Source of the DNA: Candidatus Omnitrophota bacterium
GTDB taxonomy: Bacteria; Omnitrophota; Gorgyraeia; JABMRN01; RBG-13-46-9
DNA: 64,000 nucleotides
Direction: 5' to 3'
Assembly (NCBI GenBank): GCA_013203315.1
Contig: JABMQJ010000016.1
Location: 12,245 to 76,244 of the forward strand
Below are positions 49,544 through 59,407 of the stretch, piece after piece (positions within the stretch are counted from its first letter, which is position 1; each line of letters starts with the position of its first letter). The position numbers were made by a program, and so were the translations under genes. A model generated the notes under the pieces. That model saw only the letters and a list, made by a program, of their open reading frames with translations, did no database searches and had not been told where the DNA came from.

Positions 49544-50194
49544 ATGCGCCAAGCCCCCTTTATGGATTTCGAATTCGAAACGGAAAACGCAGTGCTTTAT
49601 CCCAGGCCCGAAACTGAAATCCTGGTGGAAAAAGCCATCGATCTTTTTTTGGGGCACGTTGAATCCGACTCGAAGCCGGCAATACTTGACGTCGGTACAG
49701 GATGCGGAAACATCGCAATAAGTTTGACAAAGTATATTCCTTCGGGTAAAATTGTCGCTTTAGATATTTCTGATACGGCTCTTAGGGTCGCAGAGAGTAA
49801 TGCCATTACACATGGAGTCCGGGAAAGGATAGTTTTTTTAAAAAGCAATCTGTTTGAAAACATAGAAAAGAGTTACGAAAACTATTTTGATTTAATTATT
49901 TCGAATCCACCATACGTTTCATTAGAAGACTTTTCCTCGCTTTCCGGGGAGGTGAAGAGTGACCCGTACATTGCGCTGTATGGCGGCACTGACGGCATGG
50001 ACTTTTATAGAAGGATAGTGAGAGAATCTCCGGCCTTTCTTAAAAGAGGCGGGATTCTGCTTATGGAAACTGGCTACAATCAGGCAGAAGCAGTCAAAAC
50101 GTTTCTGGAGAATTCAGGCAATTTTTGTGACATATGTGTTTATAAAGATTACGCAAATATTGACAGGATTATAAAAGCGAGAAAAAATGGATAG
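49544..50194 (+). CDS. prmC: Release factor glutamine methyltransferase, lacking the N-terminal domain
   Basis: PRPETE, DVGTGCG, SNPPY, ALYGGTDG; follows prfA. Confidence 0.9.
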   Translation: MRQAPFMDFEFETENAVLYPRPETEILVEKAIDLFLGHVESDSKPAILDVGTGCGNIAISLTKYIPSGKIVALDISDTALRVAESNAITHGVRERIVFLKSNLFENIEKSYENYFDLIISNPPYVSLEDFSSLSGEVKSDPYIALYGGTDGMDFYRRIVRESPAFLKRGGILLMETGYNQAEAVKTFLENSGNFCDICVYKDYANIDRIIKARKNG

Positions 50195-51458
50195 ATTAGT
50201 AATAGAGGGCGGTAATACCCTTAAAGGCACGATTAATATAAGCGGCGCTAAAAATGCGGCACTTCCGATAATGGCGGCGGCGCTCCTGACAGACGAGACC
50301 TGTGTTATAAATAATGTCCCTGCACTACGCGATACTGATACGATGATTAGAATTTTACGCGCCATGGAAGCTAAAGTCGAAAGAAAAAAAGAATGCGTTT
50401 CTATAACCGGCGCCTGCGGAAACCTAAAAGCCCCCTATGACCTTGTGAGCACGATGAGGGCTTCTGTCTGTGTCCTGGGGCCGCTTGTCGCAAAAAGAAA
50501 ATTTGCAGAGGTTTCCTTTCCCGGTGGCTGCATTATCGGACCGCGTCCGATAGACTTGCACTTAAAGGGATTGGAAAAATTGGGAGCCGAGATAAAGATA
50601 AAGTCCGGTTATATTATAGCAAAGGCTAAAAAACTTAAAGGAGCTAAGATTTATCTGGGAGGTCATTTTGGTTCAAGTGTTCTTGCAACTGCCAACACAA
50701 TGATGGCAGCCACACTGGCAGAGGGTACAACGGTTATCGAAAATGCGGCCTGCGAACCCGAAATAGTGGACTTGGCTAATTTTCTGATATCAATGGGCGC
50801 CAGGATAGAAGGCCACTCCACTCCTACGGTGATGATAAATGGCGTAAAAAAGCTTCATGCTACGAATTATAAGATAATATCCGATCGCATTGAAACAGGG
50901 ACATATGCGCTGGCTGGCGCGATTACAGGCGGCGATATTTTTCTTAAAGGAGCCAAGGCCGCGCATCTCCTTGCCGTAATAGATAAGTTACGTGAATGCG
51001 GAATTCATATTGTCGAACATAAAGACGGACTACGGGTTAAGAGAAAAGTCAAGAGCAAGATAAAGCCCACTTCCGTTACGACACTGCCATATCCGGGTTT
51101 TCCGACAGACATGCAAGCGCAAATAATGGCGCTTCTTTGCTTGTCAGACGGTATAAGTATTATAACGGAAAAAATTTATCCCGAAAGATTCATACACGTG
51201 AGTGAATTAGGCCGTATGGGGGCGCAAATTATACTTGAAGGCCCGAACGCCATAATCAAGGGCGTAAAGAGCTTAAGCGGCGCCGATGTCATGGCCTCGG
51301 ATTTGAGGGCGTCGGCAGCCTTAGTCCTGGCAGGGCTTGTCGCAAAACAAAAGACCCGTGTTCACAGGATATATCACCTTGACCGCGGTTATGAGAAATT
51401 AGATAAAAAATTGAAAAACGTCGGAGCGAGTATTTGGAGAGAAAAGGAGGAAAAATAA
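50187..51458 (+). CDS. murA: UDP-GlcNAc enolpyruvyl transferase
   Basis: [34 protein letters not shown]. Confidence 0.98.
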   Translation: MDRLVIEGGNTLKGTINISGAKNAALPIMAAALLTDETCVINNVPALRDTDTMIRILRAMEAKVERKKECVSITGACGNLKAPYDLVSTMRASVCVLGPLVAKRKFAEVSFPGGCIIGPRPIDLHLKGLEKLGAEIKIKSGYIIAKAKKLKGAKIYLGGHFGSSVLATANTMMAATLAEGTTVIENAACEPEIVDLANFLISMGARIEGHSTPTVMINGVKKLHATNYKIISDRIETGTYALAGAITGGDIFLKGAKAAHLLAVIDKLRECGIHIVEHKDGLRVKRKVKSKIKPTSVTTLPYPGFPTDMQAQIMALLCLSDGISIITEKIYPERFIHVSELGRMGAQIILEGPNAIIKGVKSLSGADVMASDLRASAALVLAGLVAKQKTRVHRIYHLDRGYEKLDKKLKNVGASIWREKEEK

Positions 51459-51700
51459 TGGCAGTAGTGTTGAGATTGAAAAGGATGGGGACAAATAAAA
51501 AGCCTTTTTACAGGATCGTGGCTACCGATAAAAGAAGCCCTAGGGACGGGCGCTTTATCGAAGAAATCGGCTACTACGACCCCAAAAAGAACCCCGCTGA
51601 TGTAAAAATCGACAAGGAACGGGCTCTTTATTGGCTGAAAAACGGCGCAAAGCCATCCGAAACAGTCCGAAGCCTTATTAAGAAGCAAGGCATAAAGTAA
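51458..51700 (+). CDS. rpsP: 30S ribosomal protein S16
   Basis: [33 protein letters not shown]. Confidence 0.97.
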   Translation: MAVVLRLKRMGTNKKPFYRIVATDKRSPRDGRFIEEIGYYDPKKNPADVKIDKERALYWLKNGAKPSETVRSLIKKQGIK

Positions 51701-51727
51701 GAAAATTCGAGATCCAGAACGTTTGAT

Positions 51728-51753
51728 TGCTTGGAATTTGGTGCTTGGAATTT
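51728..51753. repeat. Short heptamer-periodic direct repeat (TGCTTGGAATTT twice)
   Basis: Copies at 51728-51739 and 51742-51753. Confidence 0.6.
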
Positions 51754-51766
51754 CAGTTTATAAGCT

Positions 51767-52453
51767 ATGAAAATAGATATACTAACATTATTCCCGGACA
51801 TGTTCAAAGGCGTGCTTGGGGAGTCGATGCTGAAAATTGCGCAGGAAAAGAAAAAAGTGCATGTAAACGTGCGCAATATAAGAAACTGGACTTACAATAA
51901 CCACAAGACAGCAGACGACAAACCCTACGGCGGGGGCTCAGGCATGGTTATGAAAATTGAGCCGATATATAGAGCCCTTGCCAGCGTAAAAGGTATGGCC
52001 AAAGGTAGAAGAGTAGTCCTTTTAACGCCGCAAGGTAAGCGCTTTAATCAAAGAATGGCGAAGAAGTTGTCAAAAACAAAACACCTGATACTCATATGCG
52101 GTCACTACGAGGGGGTTGATGAAAGAGTAAGATTGCTTGTTACTGACGAGATATCATCGGGGGATTATATATTAACAGGCGGGGAAATACCTGCGATGAC
52201 GGTATTGGATGCGGTAATACGCTTGATACCGGGTGTCCTAGGTGATAGCGCATCTCTTAAGTCTGAATCGTTCGAAGACAACTTACTCGAGTATCCTCAG
52301 TATACCAGGCCGCGGGAATTTGAAGGAATGAAAGTTCCTGACATATTGCTAAGCGGGAACCATAAAGCAATTAACCAGTGGCGAAAAAAGGAATCTTTAA
52401 AAAAGACAAAGAAAGTAAGAAATGATTTATTTAAAAAAAGAAGAGAGGAGTAA
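51767..52453 (+). CDS. trmD: tRNA (guanine-N1)-methyltransferase
   Basis: [41 protein letters not shown]. Confidence 0.97.
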   Translation: MKIDILTLFPDMFKGVLGESMLKIAQEKKKVHVNVRNIRNWTYNNHKTADDKPYGGGSGMVMKIEPIYRALASVKGMAKGRRVVLLTPQGKRFNQRMAKKLSKTKHLILICGHYEGVDERVRLLVTDEISSGDYILTGGEIPAMTVLDAVIRLIPGVLGDSASLKSESFEDNLLEYPQYTRPREFEGMKVPDILLSGNHKAINQWRKKESLKKTKKVRNDLFKKRREE

Positions 52454-52456
52454 ATA

Positions 52457-52825
52457 ATGAACAAGTTAAAAGATTTCGAAGAAAAATATTTAAAAAAGGA
52501 CATCCCGAAATTCAATGTAGGCGATACCGTCCATGTGTACGTCAAAATAAAAGAAGAGGAAAAAACGAGAACCCAGGTTTTTGACGGTACAGTCATAAAG
52601 AAGAAAGGCACGGGAGTCCGCGCCACATTTATGGTGCGAAGAATTTCCTACGGCGAAGGCGTTGAGAGGACATTTTTAGTCCACTCGCCATTTATTGATA
52701 AGGTCGTGGTAAAAAAGAAGGGTTCCGTAAGAAGGGCCAAGCTTTATTACTTAAGAAACAAGAAAGGTAAAAAGTCTAAAGTTGCGCAAAAAGTTGAAAC
52801 TCAACCACGAGCGGAAGGCGCATAA
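52457..52825 (+). CDS. rplS: 50S ribosomal protein L19
   Basis: GDTV, GEGVER, VRRAKLYYLR. Confidence 0.97.
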   Translation: MNKLKDFEEKYLKKDIPKFNVGDTVHVYVKIKEEEKTRTQVFDGTVIKKKGTGVRATFMVRRISYGEGVERTFLVHSPFIDKVVVKKKGSVRRAKLYYLRNKKGKKSKVAQKVETQPRAEGA

Positions 52826-53396
52826 AGAAGGTTTCAAGCGCGTTGCGGGTATAGATGAGGCGGGCCGCGGCCCTCTGGCCGGGCCGGTAGTGGCCTCTGC
52901 TGTGATACTGAAAGAGACGCGCTTTAAGCAAAGAATAGACGATTCCAAAAAACTCACCCCCTGCGCCCGAAATCTTGCCTACGAAGAAATTATCAGAAAA
53001 GCCTGGTTCGGAATCGGAATAGTCAGCGAAAAAGTTATAGACAAGTTGAATATATATAATGCAACTGCCAGGGCAATGGAGGTCGCTGTAGAGAATCTCG
53101 GCATAAAACCCGACTGTCTCCTTGTTGACGGTAGGATACGAATTAAATCTACGTGTAAAAAAGTAAATCTAATAGGCGGCGACTCCAAGAGCCTCTCAAT
53201 CGCCTGTGCCTCGATAATCGCGAAGGTTACCCGTGATAACATCATGTGTAAATATCATAAAAGATATCCCGCCTACGGTTTTTTGCGCCACAAGGGCTAT
53301 GGCACGAAAGAGCATCTTCGCAAGCTACTAAAACACGGCCCTTCACCAATACACCGCTTTACATTTAAACCCGTTAAAGACCAATCACATAAATAA
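52782..53396 (+). CDS. rnhB: Ribonuclease HII (start uncertain, TTG)
   Basis: GIDEAGRGPLAGPV, DSKKL, ASIIAKVTRD, HKGYGT. Confidence 0.96.
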   Translation: MRKKLKLNHERKAHKEGFKRVAGIDEAGRGPLAGPVVASAVILKETRFKQRIDDSKKLTPCARNLAYEEIIRKAWFGIGIVSEKVIDKLNIYNATARAMEVAVENLGIKPDCLLVDGRIRIKSTCKKVNLIGGDSKSLSIACASIIAKVTRDNIMCKYHKRYPAYGFLRHKGYGTKEHLRKLLKHGPSPIHRFTFKPVKDQSHK

Positions 53397-53423
53397 GGAG
53401 CATTTTTTTGTCGAATTCGGGTG

Positions 53424-53452
53424 TTGACAAAGGCGTGTACATCGGATATAAT
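53424..53452 (+). promoter_or_regulatory. Perfect consensus sigma70 promoter of the fhs-like gene and apbE
   Basis: TTGACA-17 bp-TATAAT. Confidence 0.85.
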
Positions 53453-53501
53453 CAGACCATATTAATTTTGTAGGCGTTAATACAATAAAAAGTGAGGTTA
53501 G

Positions 53502-55217
53502 ATGAAGAAGATTAAAGACAAGAAACCGGTCGTTGCCAAAAGAAAAGAAAAAGTAAACCTTAAACCTATTACAGACGTCGCCAGATTTCTAGGAATCAAA
53601 AAACAATACCTTGAGAACTACGGTCCCTACAAAGCGAAGATTTCCTTGGACCTGCTCAGATCTCTGCGTCGAAAAAAGCAAGGCAAATACATTCTTGTTA
53701 GCTCCATCACACCTACGCCTCTTGGCGAAGGAAAGACTGTAACGGCCATAGGTCTTTCCATGGCATTTAATAAGCTTAAGAAGAAAGCTGTTGTATGTCT
53801 AATGCAGCCGGCCCTGGGGGGAATATTTGGAATAAAAGGAACTGCCTCAGGCGGAGGCGCTGCGCAGGTTCTTCCGAGTGAAGATGTTAACCTTCATCTC
53901 ACCGGCGACACACATGCTGTTGAATCCGCCCACAATCTATGTGCTGCGTACCTTGAAAATTCTACCTTTAAAGGTAATCCCATGGACATAGACACCGCCT
54001 CAATCATATGGCGAAGAGCCCTTGACACAAACGACCGTTCCTTACGCAACGTAAACATAGGGCTAGGCAGCAAAACAGACGGTACTACGCGGAAAGTAGG
54101 CTTCGAAATAGTCGATTCAAGCGAAATAATGGCTATTCTGGCGCTCTCAGATAACATAAAAGACATGAGGGAGAGACTTGGTAAGGTTATCCTGGGTTTT
54201 AATAAAAAAGGGAAGCCCGTTAAAACAGAAGACATAAAAGTCGCGGGTGCCATGGCAGCCCTTTTAAAAGACGCGATAAAACCGAATCTTCTGCAGACCA
54301 GAGAAGGCACGCCTTGCTTCATGCACACCGGAGCGCCCGGAGATACCTCGCTTGGAGTAACTTCGGTAGTAGCAGATAAGATTGCGCTCGGGCTTTGCGA
54401 ATATGTAATTACGGAATCGGCCTTCGGCGCCGACCTGGGGGCGGAGAAGTTTTTTGACATAAAATGCAGGGCCGGCGGACTTACACCGGATGTTGCTGTT
54501 TTGGTCTGTTCGGTGCGAGGTCTTAAAATGCATAGCGGCGACGTTGACGTTGTTCTTGGGCGCCCCCTTCCGAAAGATATTTTTCACGAGAGCGTATCAG
54601 CAGTGGAAAGAGGTCTTTCAAATCTTGAAAAACAGGTTGAAAACCTTACTACCTTTGGGATACCTGTCGTTGTTTGTATAAACCGCATGAAAGACGACAC
54701 AGATAAAGAAATCACTGCCATAACAAGAAGGGTTGCAACATTTGGAGCAGCCGGTGTTGCAGTAAGTGATGCGTGGGCTCAGGGTAGTGAAGGAGCCATG
54801 GAGTTAGCCTCGGCTGTTATCAGCGCATGTAAAACAAAACACAGCTTCAGGTTTCTTTATCCTACCGATATGCCGATAAAAGATAAGATTAAAAGAATCG
54901 CGAAAACTCTTTACGGCGCCAGGGAAGTAAAATTTTCTGATGAGGCTAATAAAAAAGTTCTCGATCTTAAAAAACTAAAGCTTGATAATCTCCCCATATG
55001 CATGGTAAAAACACACCTGTCTCTCTCGAATAACCCGAAAAGAAAAGGGCGACCGCACGGCTTCAAGCTTCCGGTCGACGATATTCGCATATTTAACGGT
55101 GCCGGTTTCATTGCCGCATTTTGTGGTAGCATAAAACGAATACCGGGTCTGCCCAAAGTTCCTCGCGGCACAAAAATCGACATTACCGAAGAAGGAAAAA
55201 TCACGGGTTTATTTTAA
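53502..55217 (+). CDS. fhs: Formate--tetrahydrofolate ligase homologue with altered active-site motifs
   Basis: PTPLGEGKT, NLHLTGD, AIKPNLLQT, FGADLGAEKFFDIKCR, KTHLSLS, PGLP retained; two conserved motifs changed (see findings). Confidence 0.85.
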   Translation: MKKIKDKKPVVAKRKEKVNLKPITDVARFLGIKKQYLENYGPYKAKISLDLLRSLRRKKQGKYILVSSITPTPLGEGKTVTAIGLSMAFNKLKKKAVVCLMQPALGGIFGIKGTASGGGAAQVLPSEDVNLHLTGDTHAVESAHNLCAAYLENSTFKGNPMDIDTASIIWRRALDTNDRSLRNVNIGLGSKTDGTTRKVGFEIVDSSEIMAILALSDNIKDMRERLGKVILGFNKKGKPVKTEDIKVAGAMAALLKDAIKPNLLQTREGTPCFMHTGAPGDTSLGVTSVVADKIALGLCEYVITESAFGADLGAEKFFDIKCRAGGLTPDVAVLVCSVRGLKMHSGDVDVVLGRPLPKDIFHESVSAVERGLSNLEKQVENLTTFGIPVVVCINRMKDDTDKEITAITRRVATFGAAGVAVSDAWAQGSEGAMELASAVISACKTKHSFRFLYPTDMPIKDKIKRIAKTLYGAREVKFSDEANKKVLDLKKLKLDNLPICMVKTHLSLSNNPKRKGRPHGFKLPVDDIRIFNGAGFIAAFCGSIKRIPGLPKVPRGTKIDITEEGKITGLF

Positions 55218-55240
55218 TCGGGGTTTTTTCGAAATCAAGA

Positions 55241-56164
55241 ATGCTTAAAAGTAAAGCTTTCCCCGCCGCTATTGTAATTCCTGCACTTCTATTTCTTGCA
55301 GGTTGCTCCGAAATTCCGGTCGGCACAAAGAATACTATTCTCATGGATACCTTTGTAAGCGTCGAAATCAAAGACTCCTTAGACAAAAATTTAAAAAATC
55401 AAATTCTCAATAAAACCATAAGCCGCATGAGAAGCCTAACGAAGGGATTTAATTACTTCGGAGATGAAAGCGAGCTTGCGCGGATAAACAGCTTAAAGCC
55501 AGGCGAGGAACTCTTGCTTTCGGACGAGATGTTTGCAGTGCTTAAAACATCTCGGGATATCTTTGCTAAGACCGGGGGTGCTTTTGACGTTGCGATGGGG
55601 AAGGGTGACTGGAAGCTAGACGAAAAAAAGCATGCAATCGTAATTGAAGAAAGCGGCGTTAAGATAAATTTAGGCGGTATAGCAAAAGGCTTTATCGTAG
55701 ATGAAGGGATCAAGGTACTAAAAGATGCCCTCGTTCGCAACGCAATCATAAATGCCGGCGGTGACATGTACTGCATGGGTCAAGGAACGGATGCAAAAGG
55801 GTGGAAGATAGGTATCAGAGACCCGGTAAATACAAAGAAAGTTATAGCCTCATTTAACGTTCGCGACAGGGGCGTAGCTACTTCCGGTGGATATGAAAGA
55901 TTCACGAAATCCGAAAACGGAAAGTATTCCCATATAATCGACCCTAAAACAGGCGAACCCATAAAAATTATTACAAGAAGCGTCACTGTCGTAGCCGACG
56001 ATTGCGCAACAGCCGACGCCCTCGCAACCGCGCTATATGTCCTTGGTCCCAAAAAGGGCCTCGCCCTTATCGAAATCCTCAAGAAAACTGAATGCGTCAT
56101 CATCGACACCGACGGCAAATTCTACGTCTCCTCCGGTCTCACAGACCTTATTTCTACGGAATGA
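55241..56164 (+). CDS. apbE: FAD:protein FMN transferase ApbE (compact lipoprotein)
   Basis: Lipobox LAGC, MDT, GAFD, LGGIAKG, NAGGD, ATSGGY, HIIDP, ADALAT. Confidence 0.92.
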   Translation: MLKSKAFPAAIVIPALLFLAGCSEIPVGTKNTILMDTFVSVEIKDSLDKNLKNQILNKTISRMRSLTKGFNYFGDESELARINSLKPGEELLLSDEMFAVLKTSRDIFAKTGGAFDVAMGKGDWKLDEKKHAIVIEESGVKINLGGIAKGFIVDEGIKVLKDALVRNAIINAGGDMYCMGQGTDAKGWKIGIRDPVNTKKVIASFNVRDRGVATSGGYERFTKSENGKYSHIIDPKTGEPIKIITRSVTVVADDCATADALATALYVLGPKKGLALIEILKKTECVIIDTDGKFYVSSGLTDLISTE

Positions 56165-56317
56165 GAGGGCATTGGTGTGAGGCCATTTGTACAATCCTAT
56201 AGGAGATCCTTTCTTTCCAAAATAATAAATAAATACATTCAGCTTACTACAATTTTTTGAAGAAGAAAGAGTTCCGTCGTTTATTGCCAGGCCTCACACC
56301 AATGCCCTCTCATTCCG
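56157..56317. repeat. Dispersed ~160-bp hairpin element, copy 2
   Basis: Perfect 28-bp inverted repeat CGGAATGAGAGGGCATTGGTGTGAGGCC (56157-56184 / 56290-56317). Confidence 0.95.
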
Positions 56318-56340
56318 ATAAGAACGCACAAGCTTCTGGC

Positions 56341-56369
56341 TTGACAAAAAGCGGCTGATACTATATAGT
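56341..56369 (+). promoter_or_regulatory. Promoter of tRNA-Met-tilS
   Basis: TTGACA-17 bp-TATAGT. Confidence 0.75.
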
Positions 56370-56395
56370 TATTAAACCGTAATATAAATAAATGT

Positions 56396-56469
56396 GGCGG
56401 GGTAGCTCAGTTGGTTAGAGCAGTCGGCTCATACCCGGCATGTCGAGAGTTCGAGTCTCTCCCCCGCTA
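56396..56469 (+). tRNA. tRNA-Met (CAT), elongator type; CCA not encoded
   Basis: Cloverleaf GGCGGGG/CCCCGCT, anticodon arm GTCGG-CTCATAC-CCGGC, T-loop TTCGAGT. Confidence 0.9.
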
Positions 56470-56487
56470 CTACTCGAAAAGCCCAAC

Positions 56488-57468
56488 ATGAACCTAACTT
56501 CCCAAATACTTAAAACTGTTGACCGTTACAAGATGCTCGAGAGAGGGGACAGGGTCTTGGTCGGCGTTTCAGGCGGGTCTGATTCGGTTTTTCTCGTATA
56601 CGCGCTAAAGAGACTAGAAGATGTGCTGGGCATCGAGTTATTTATCGCGCACATGGATCACGGCCTAAGAGGTAAGGAATCCGGTCGGGATGCGCAGTTT
56701 GTAAAAAACTTGTCTAAATCACTCGGCGTGAAACTGGCATATGATAAATTGAAACCCACTAAAGCCAGATCAAAGCTTTCGACGGAAGAGCGCCTTAGGG
56801 AAAAAAGATACGAATTCTTTATGCAAGCAGCAAAGGAGTTCGGTGCCGGCTGCGTTGCGACAGCGCATACATTAGACGACCAGGCAGAAACCGTGCTCAT
56901 GCGGGTCATAAAGGGCTCGTCCCTTAAAGGCGTTATCGGTATTCATCCGAAGAGGGTAGAAGCGAAGATTAAATTTGTCCGCCCGCTTTTCGAAATCAGA
57001 AAAAAAGAAATAATAAAATACTTAAAAAATAAAAAGATTTCGTTCAGAGTCGACCAAACAAACCTGGAAGATAAGTTTTTGAGAAACAGGATTCGCAACA
57101 AAGTCATGCCGTATCTGGAAAAAATTAATCCTCGCCTTAAGGAAGCGCTTTTTAATTTCGCGGAATCCCTGCGTGAAGATTTTGAATTTATTGAAGAGGA
57201 GAAACATAAAAGAAAATCTATTATTAGGTCAGAGAGGTGCGCAAAGCACATACTCCTTTGTGATTTACTCCTACAGTCAAAAGCCCTTCAGAAAGAAATA
57301 ACGCGCGAGGCGCTTAAATCTGTCGGCGGCAATATAAAACGGTTGACCTACGGGCACTGGAAAGATATCGATAATTTTGTACGAAAGAAATCCGCGGGCA
57401 AGTCCATGGATTTGCCGGGCGGCATTAAGATGCGCAAAACGCGTGATAGATTGATTTTTACAAAATAG
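56488..57468 (+). CDS. tilS: tRNA(Ile)-lysidine synthetase (short form)
   Basis: VSGGSDS, HMDHGLR, TAHTLDDQAET, RPL, RNRIR; start moved downstream of the tRNA. Confidence 0.95.
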   Translation: MNLTSQILKTVDRYKMLERGDRVLVGVSGGSDSVFLVYALKRLEDVLGIELFIAHMDHGLRGKESGRDAQFVKNLSKSLGVKLAYDKLKPTKARSKLSTEERLREKRYEFFMQAAKEFGAGCVATAHTLDDQAETVLMRVIKGSSLKGVIGIHPKRVEAKIKFVRPLFEIRKKEIIKYLKNKKISFRVDQTNLEDKFLRNRIRNKVMPYLEKINPRLKEALFNFAESLREDFEFIEEEKHKRKSIIRSERCAKHILLCDLLLQSKALQKEITREALKSVGGNIKRLTYGHWKDIDNFVRKKSAGKSMDLPGGIKMRKTRDRLIFTK

Positions 57469-57479
57469 TATGATATAAT
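57451..57479 (+). promoter_or_regulatory. Promoter of ftsH
   Basis: TTGATT-17 bp-TATAAT with TG. Confidence 0.65.
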
Positions 57480-57490
57480 TTAAAGCTATA

Positions 57491-59407
57491 ATGAGTACAC
57501 AAAAAACTCCACAAAAAAAAGACAAAAAGAAGCCTTCATCGAACGGCAGGAACATAGTACTCCTTCTCCTGGTTGTTTTTGGCGTTACCTACCTTATTCA
57601 ACTGAGCTCGGTGACATTTGAAAAGGCGCCGCAGGAATTAACCTACAAAGAATTCTACGAGATGCTTAAGAAAAACCCTTCAAGTCAAAGCATCTCATCG
57701 GCCGTTAAGGTTGACTCAAAGGTAAACGGAAAACTCGCCGACGGAAGGCCGTACATGGTTGACATACCGCTTGATGACCCGGCCCTCCTTGAGCTTCTTC
57801 GGAATAATGTCGGGGAATTTGACATAAAGCCGCCGAAGACTTTCTTTTCCAATCTATTTTATTCCCTGGGTCCGATGCTTCTTTTTATACTTTTTTTGTG
57901 GTTTTTCATCTACCGGGGAGCATCCACAGGCGGCGGCAAAGTTTTTTCTTTCGGAAAATCCAGGGCAAAATTAGCAACCGACGAGCACCTGCGCTTAACG
58001 TTTGAAGACGTTGCCGGCGTTGACGAAGCAAAAGAAGAATTAAAAGAAGTAATAGAGTTCCTTAAAGACCCTAGAAAGTTCCAGCGCCTCGGCGGTAAAA
58101 TGCCGAAAGGCGTTCTTGTTGTCGGGCCTCCGGGGACAGGGAAAACATTGTTAGCCAAGGCTGTCGCAGGAGAAGCCAAGGTGCCTTTTTTTAGTATTTC
58201 CGGATCGGACTTTGTCGAAATGTTTGTAGGCGTAGGCGCTTCGCGCGTGCGGGATCTTTTCGAGCAGGCAAGGAAAAGTGTAAAGGTTACCAAAAAGGGC
58301 TGCATTATTTTCTTAGACGAAATCGACGCAGTGGGCCGGCAGCGATTTGCCGGTATCGGCGGCGGGCACGATGAAAGGGAACAAACCCTTAATGCCTTAC
58401 TTGTCGAGATGGACGGGTTTGATACCCAGGTCGGCGTGATTTTAATCGCGGCCACGAACAGACCCGATGTCTTGGATCCGGCGCTACTCCGGCCGGGACG
58501 TTTTGACCGACATATAGTAATCGATCGCCCGGACATAGTGGGCAGGGAAGCCATATTAAAAGTTCACGTAAAAAAAATAAAGCTCGATAAAGCTGTTGAC
58601 CTTAAAAGAATCGCCAGCCAGACGCCAGGCTTTTCGGGGGCGGACCTTGCGAATCTCGTAAATGAGGCCGCTCTTCTCGGAGCGCGAAAAAACAAAAATG
58701 CCGTAATACAGGAAGATATGGAAGAATCGATCGAGCGAGTTATGGCCGGGCCTCAGCGCAAATCGCGCGTTATAACAAAAGAGGAAAAATCTATAATAGC
58801 GTATCACGAGTCAGGCCACGCGCTTCTTTCACTCGTTACACCGGAAGCGGACCCCATGCACAAGGTGACAATTATTTCAAGAGGCATGGCGCTTGGCTAT
58901 ACCTTTACCCCACCGAAGCAGGACCGATACATATCTACTAAAAGTCAGATGAACGCAAAGCTAATAGTAGCGTTGGGTGGTAGGGCAGCGGAAGAAATTA
59001 TTTTTAAACAGTTTTCAACAGGCGCCCACAACGATTTATCCGTTGTATCAGAAATAGCACGAGATATGGTTACACAGTTTGGCATGAGCGAAAAGCTCGG
59101 GCACCTCACTTACGGTAAAAGACACGAACAAATTTTTCTAGGAAGAGATATACATGAGGAGAGGAACTATAGCGATGATACAGCCATGCTTATTGACCAA
59201 GAGGTGAGGGGCATAGTTGACGGATGTTATGAAACGGCAAAAACTACACTTCTAAAATACAAAAGCAAATTAAGCCTTCTTGCTAAAACCTTGTTGGAAA
59301 AAGAGGTCGTTGACGATAAAGAAGTAAAAAAGCTTCTTGGGTTAAAAGAAGAGGCAAAAAAGGAAGCAGAAAATGCCGGTAGCGACGAAGCACCAAAAAC
59401 CGCATGA
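57491..59407 (+). CDS. ftsH: ATP-dependent zinc metalloprotease FtsH
   Basis: Two TMs, [31 protein letters not shown]. Confidence 0.98.
   Translation: MSTQKTPQKKDKKKPSSNGRNIVLLLLVVFGVTYLIQLSSVTFEKAPQELTYKEFYEMLKKNPSSQSISSAVKVDSKVNGKLADGRPYMVDIPLDDPALLELLRNNVGEFDIKPPKTFFSNLFYSLGPMLLFILFLWFFIYRGASTGGGKVFSFGKSRAKLATDEHLRLTFEDVAGVDEAKEELKEVIEFLKDPRKFQRLGGKMPKGVLVVGPPGTGKTLLAKAVAGEAKVPFFSISGSDFVEMFVGVGASRVRDLFEQARKSVKVTKKGCIIFLDEIDAVGRQRFAGIGGGHDEREQTLNALLVEMDGFDTQVGVILIAATNRPDVLDPALLRPGRFDRHIVIDRPDIVGREAILKVHVKKIKLDKAVDLKRIASQTPGFSGADLANLVNEAALLGARKNKNAVIQEDMEESIERVMAGPQRKSRVITKEEKSIIAYHESGHALLSLVTPEADPMHKVTIISRGMALGYTFTPPKQDRYISTKSQMNAKLIVALGGRAAEEIIFKQFSTGAHNDLSVVSEIARDMVTQFGMSEKLGHLTYGKRHEQIFLGRDIHEERNYSDDTAMLIDQEVRGIVDGCYETAKTTLLKYKSKLSLLAKTLLEKEVVDDKEVKKLLGLKEEAKKEAENAGSDEAPKTA

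Noticed and set aside
56157-56317. 6S RNA (long stem with internal bubble)
   Set aside because: Three dispersed copies, no dedicated upstream promoter, overlap with a stop codon and a large AT-rich apical loop; an Rfam search would settle it
56396-56469. tRNA-Ile2 (CAT) suggested by adjacency to tilS
   Set aside because: GGCGG acceptor and CATAC-CC anticodon context resemble elongator tRNA-Met; Ile2 typically reads CATAA
57910-58554. Long antisense ORFs (this one, 6803-7432, 32544-33164, 46029-46694, 53894-54460 and others)
   Set aside because: All overlap well-supported + strand genes and show no independent protein features
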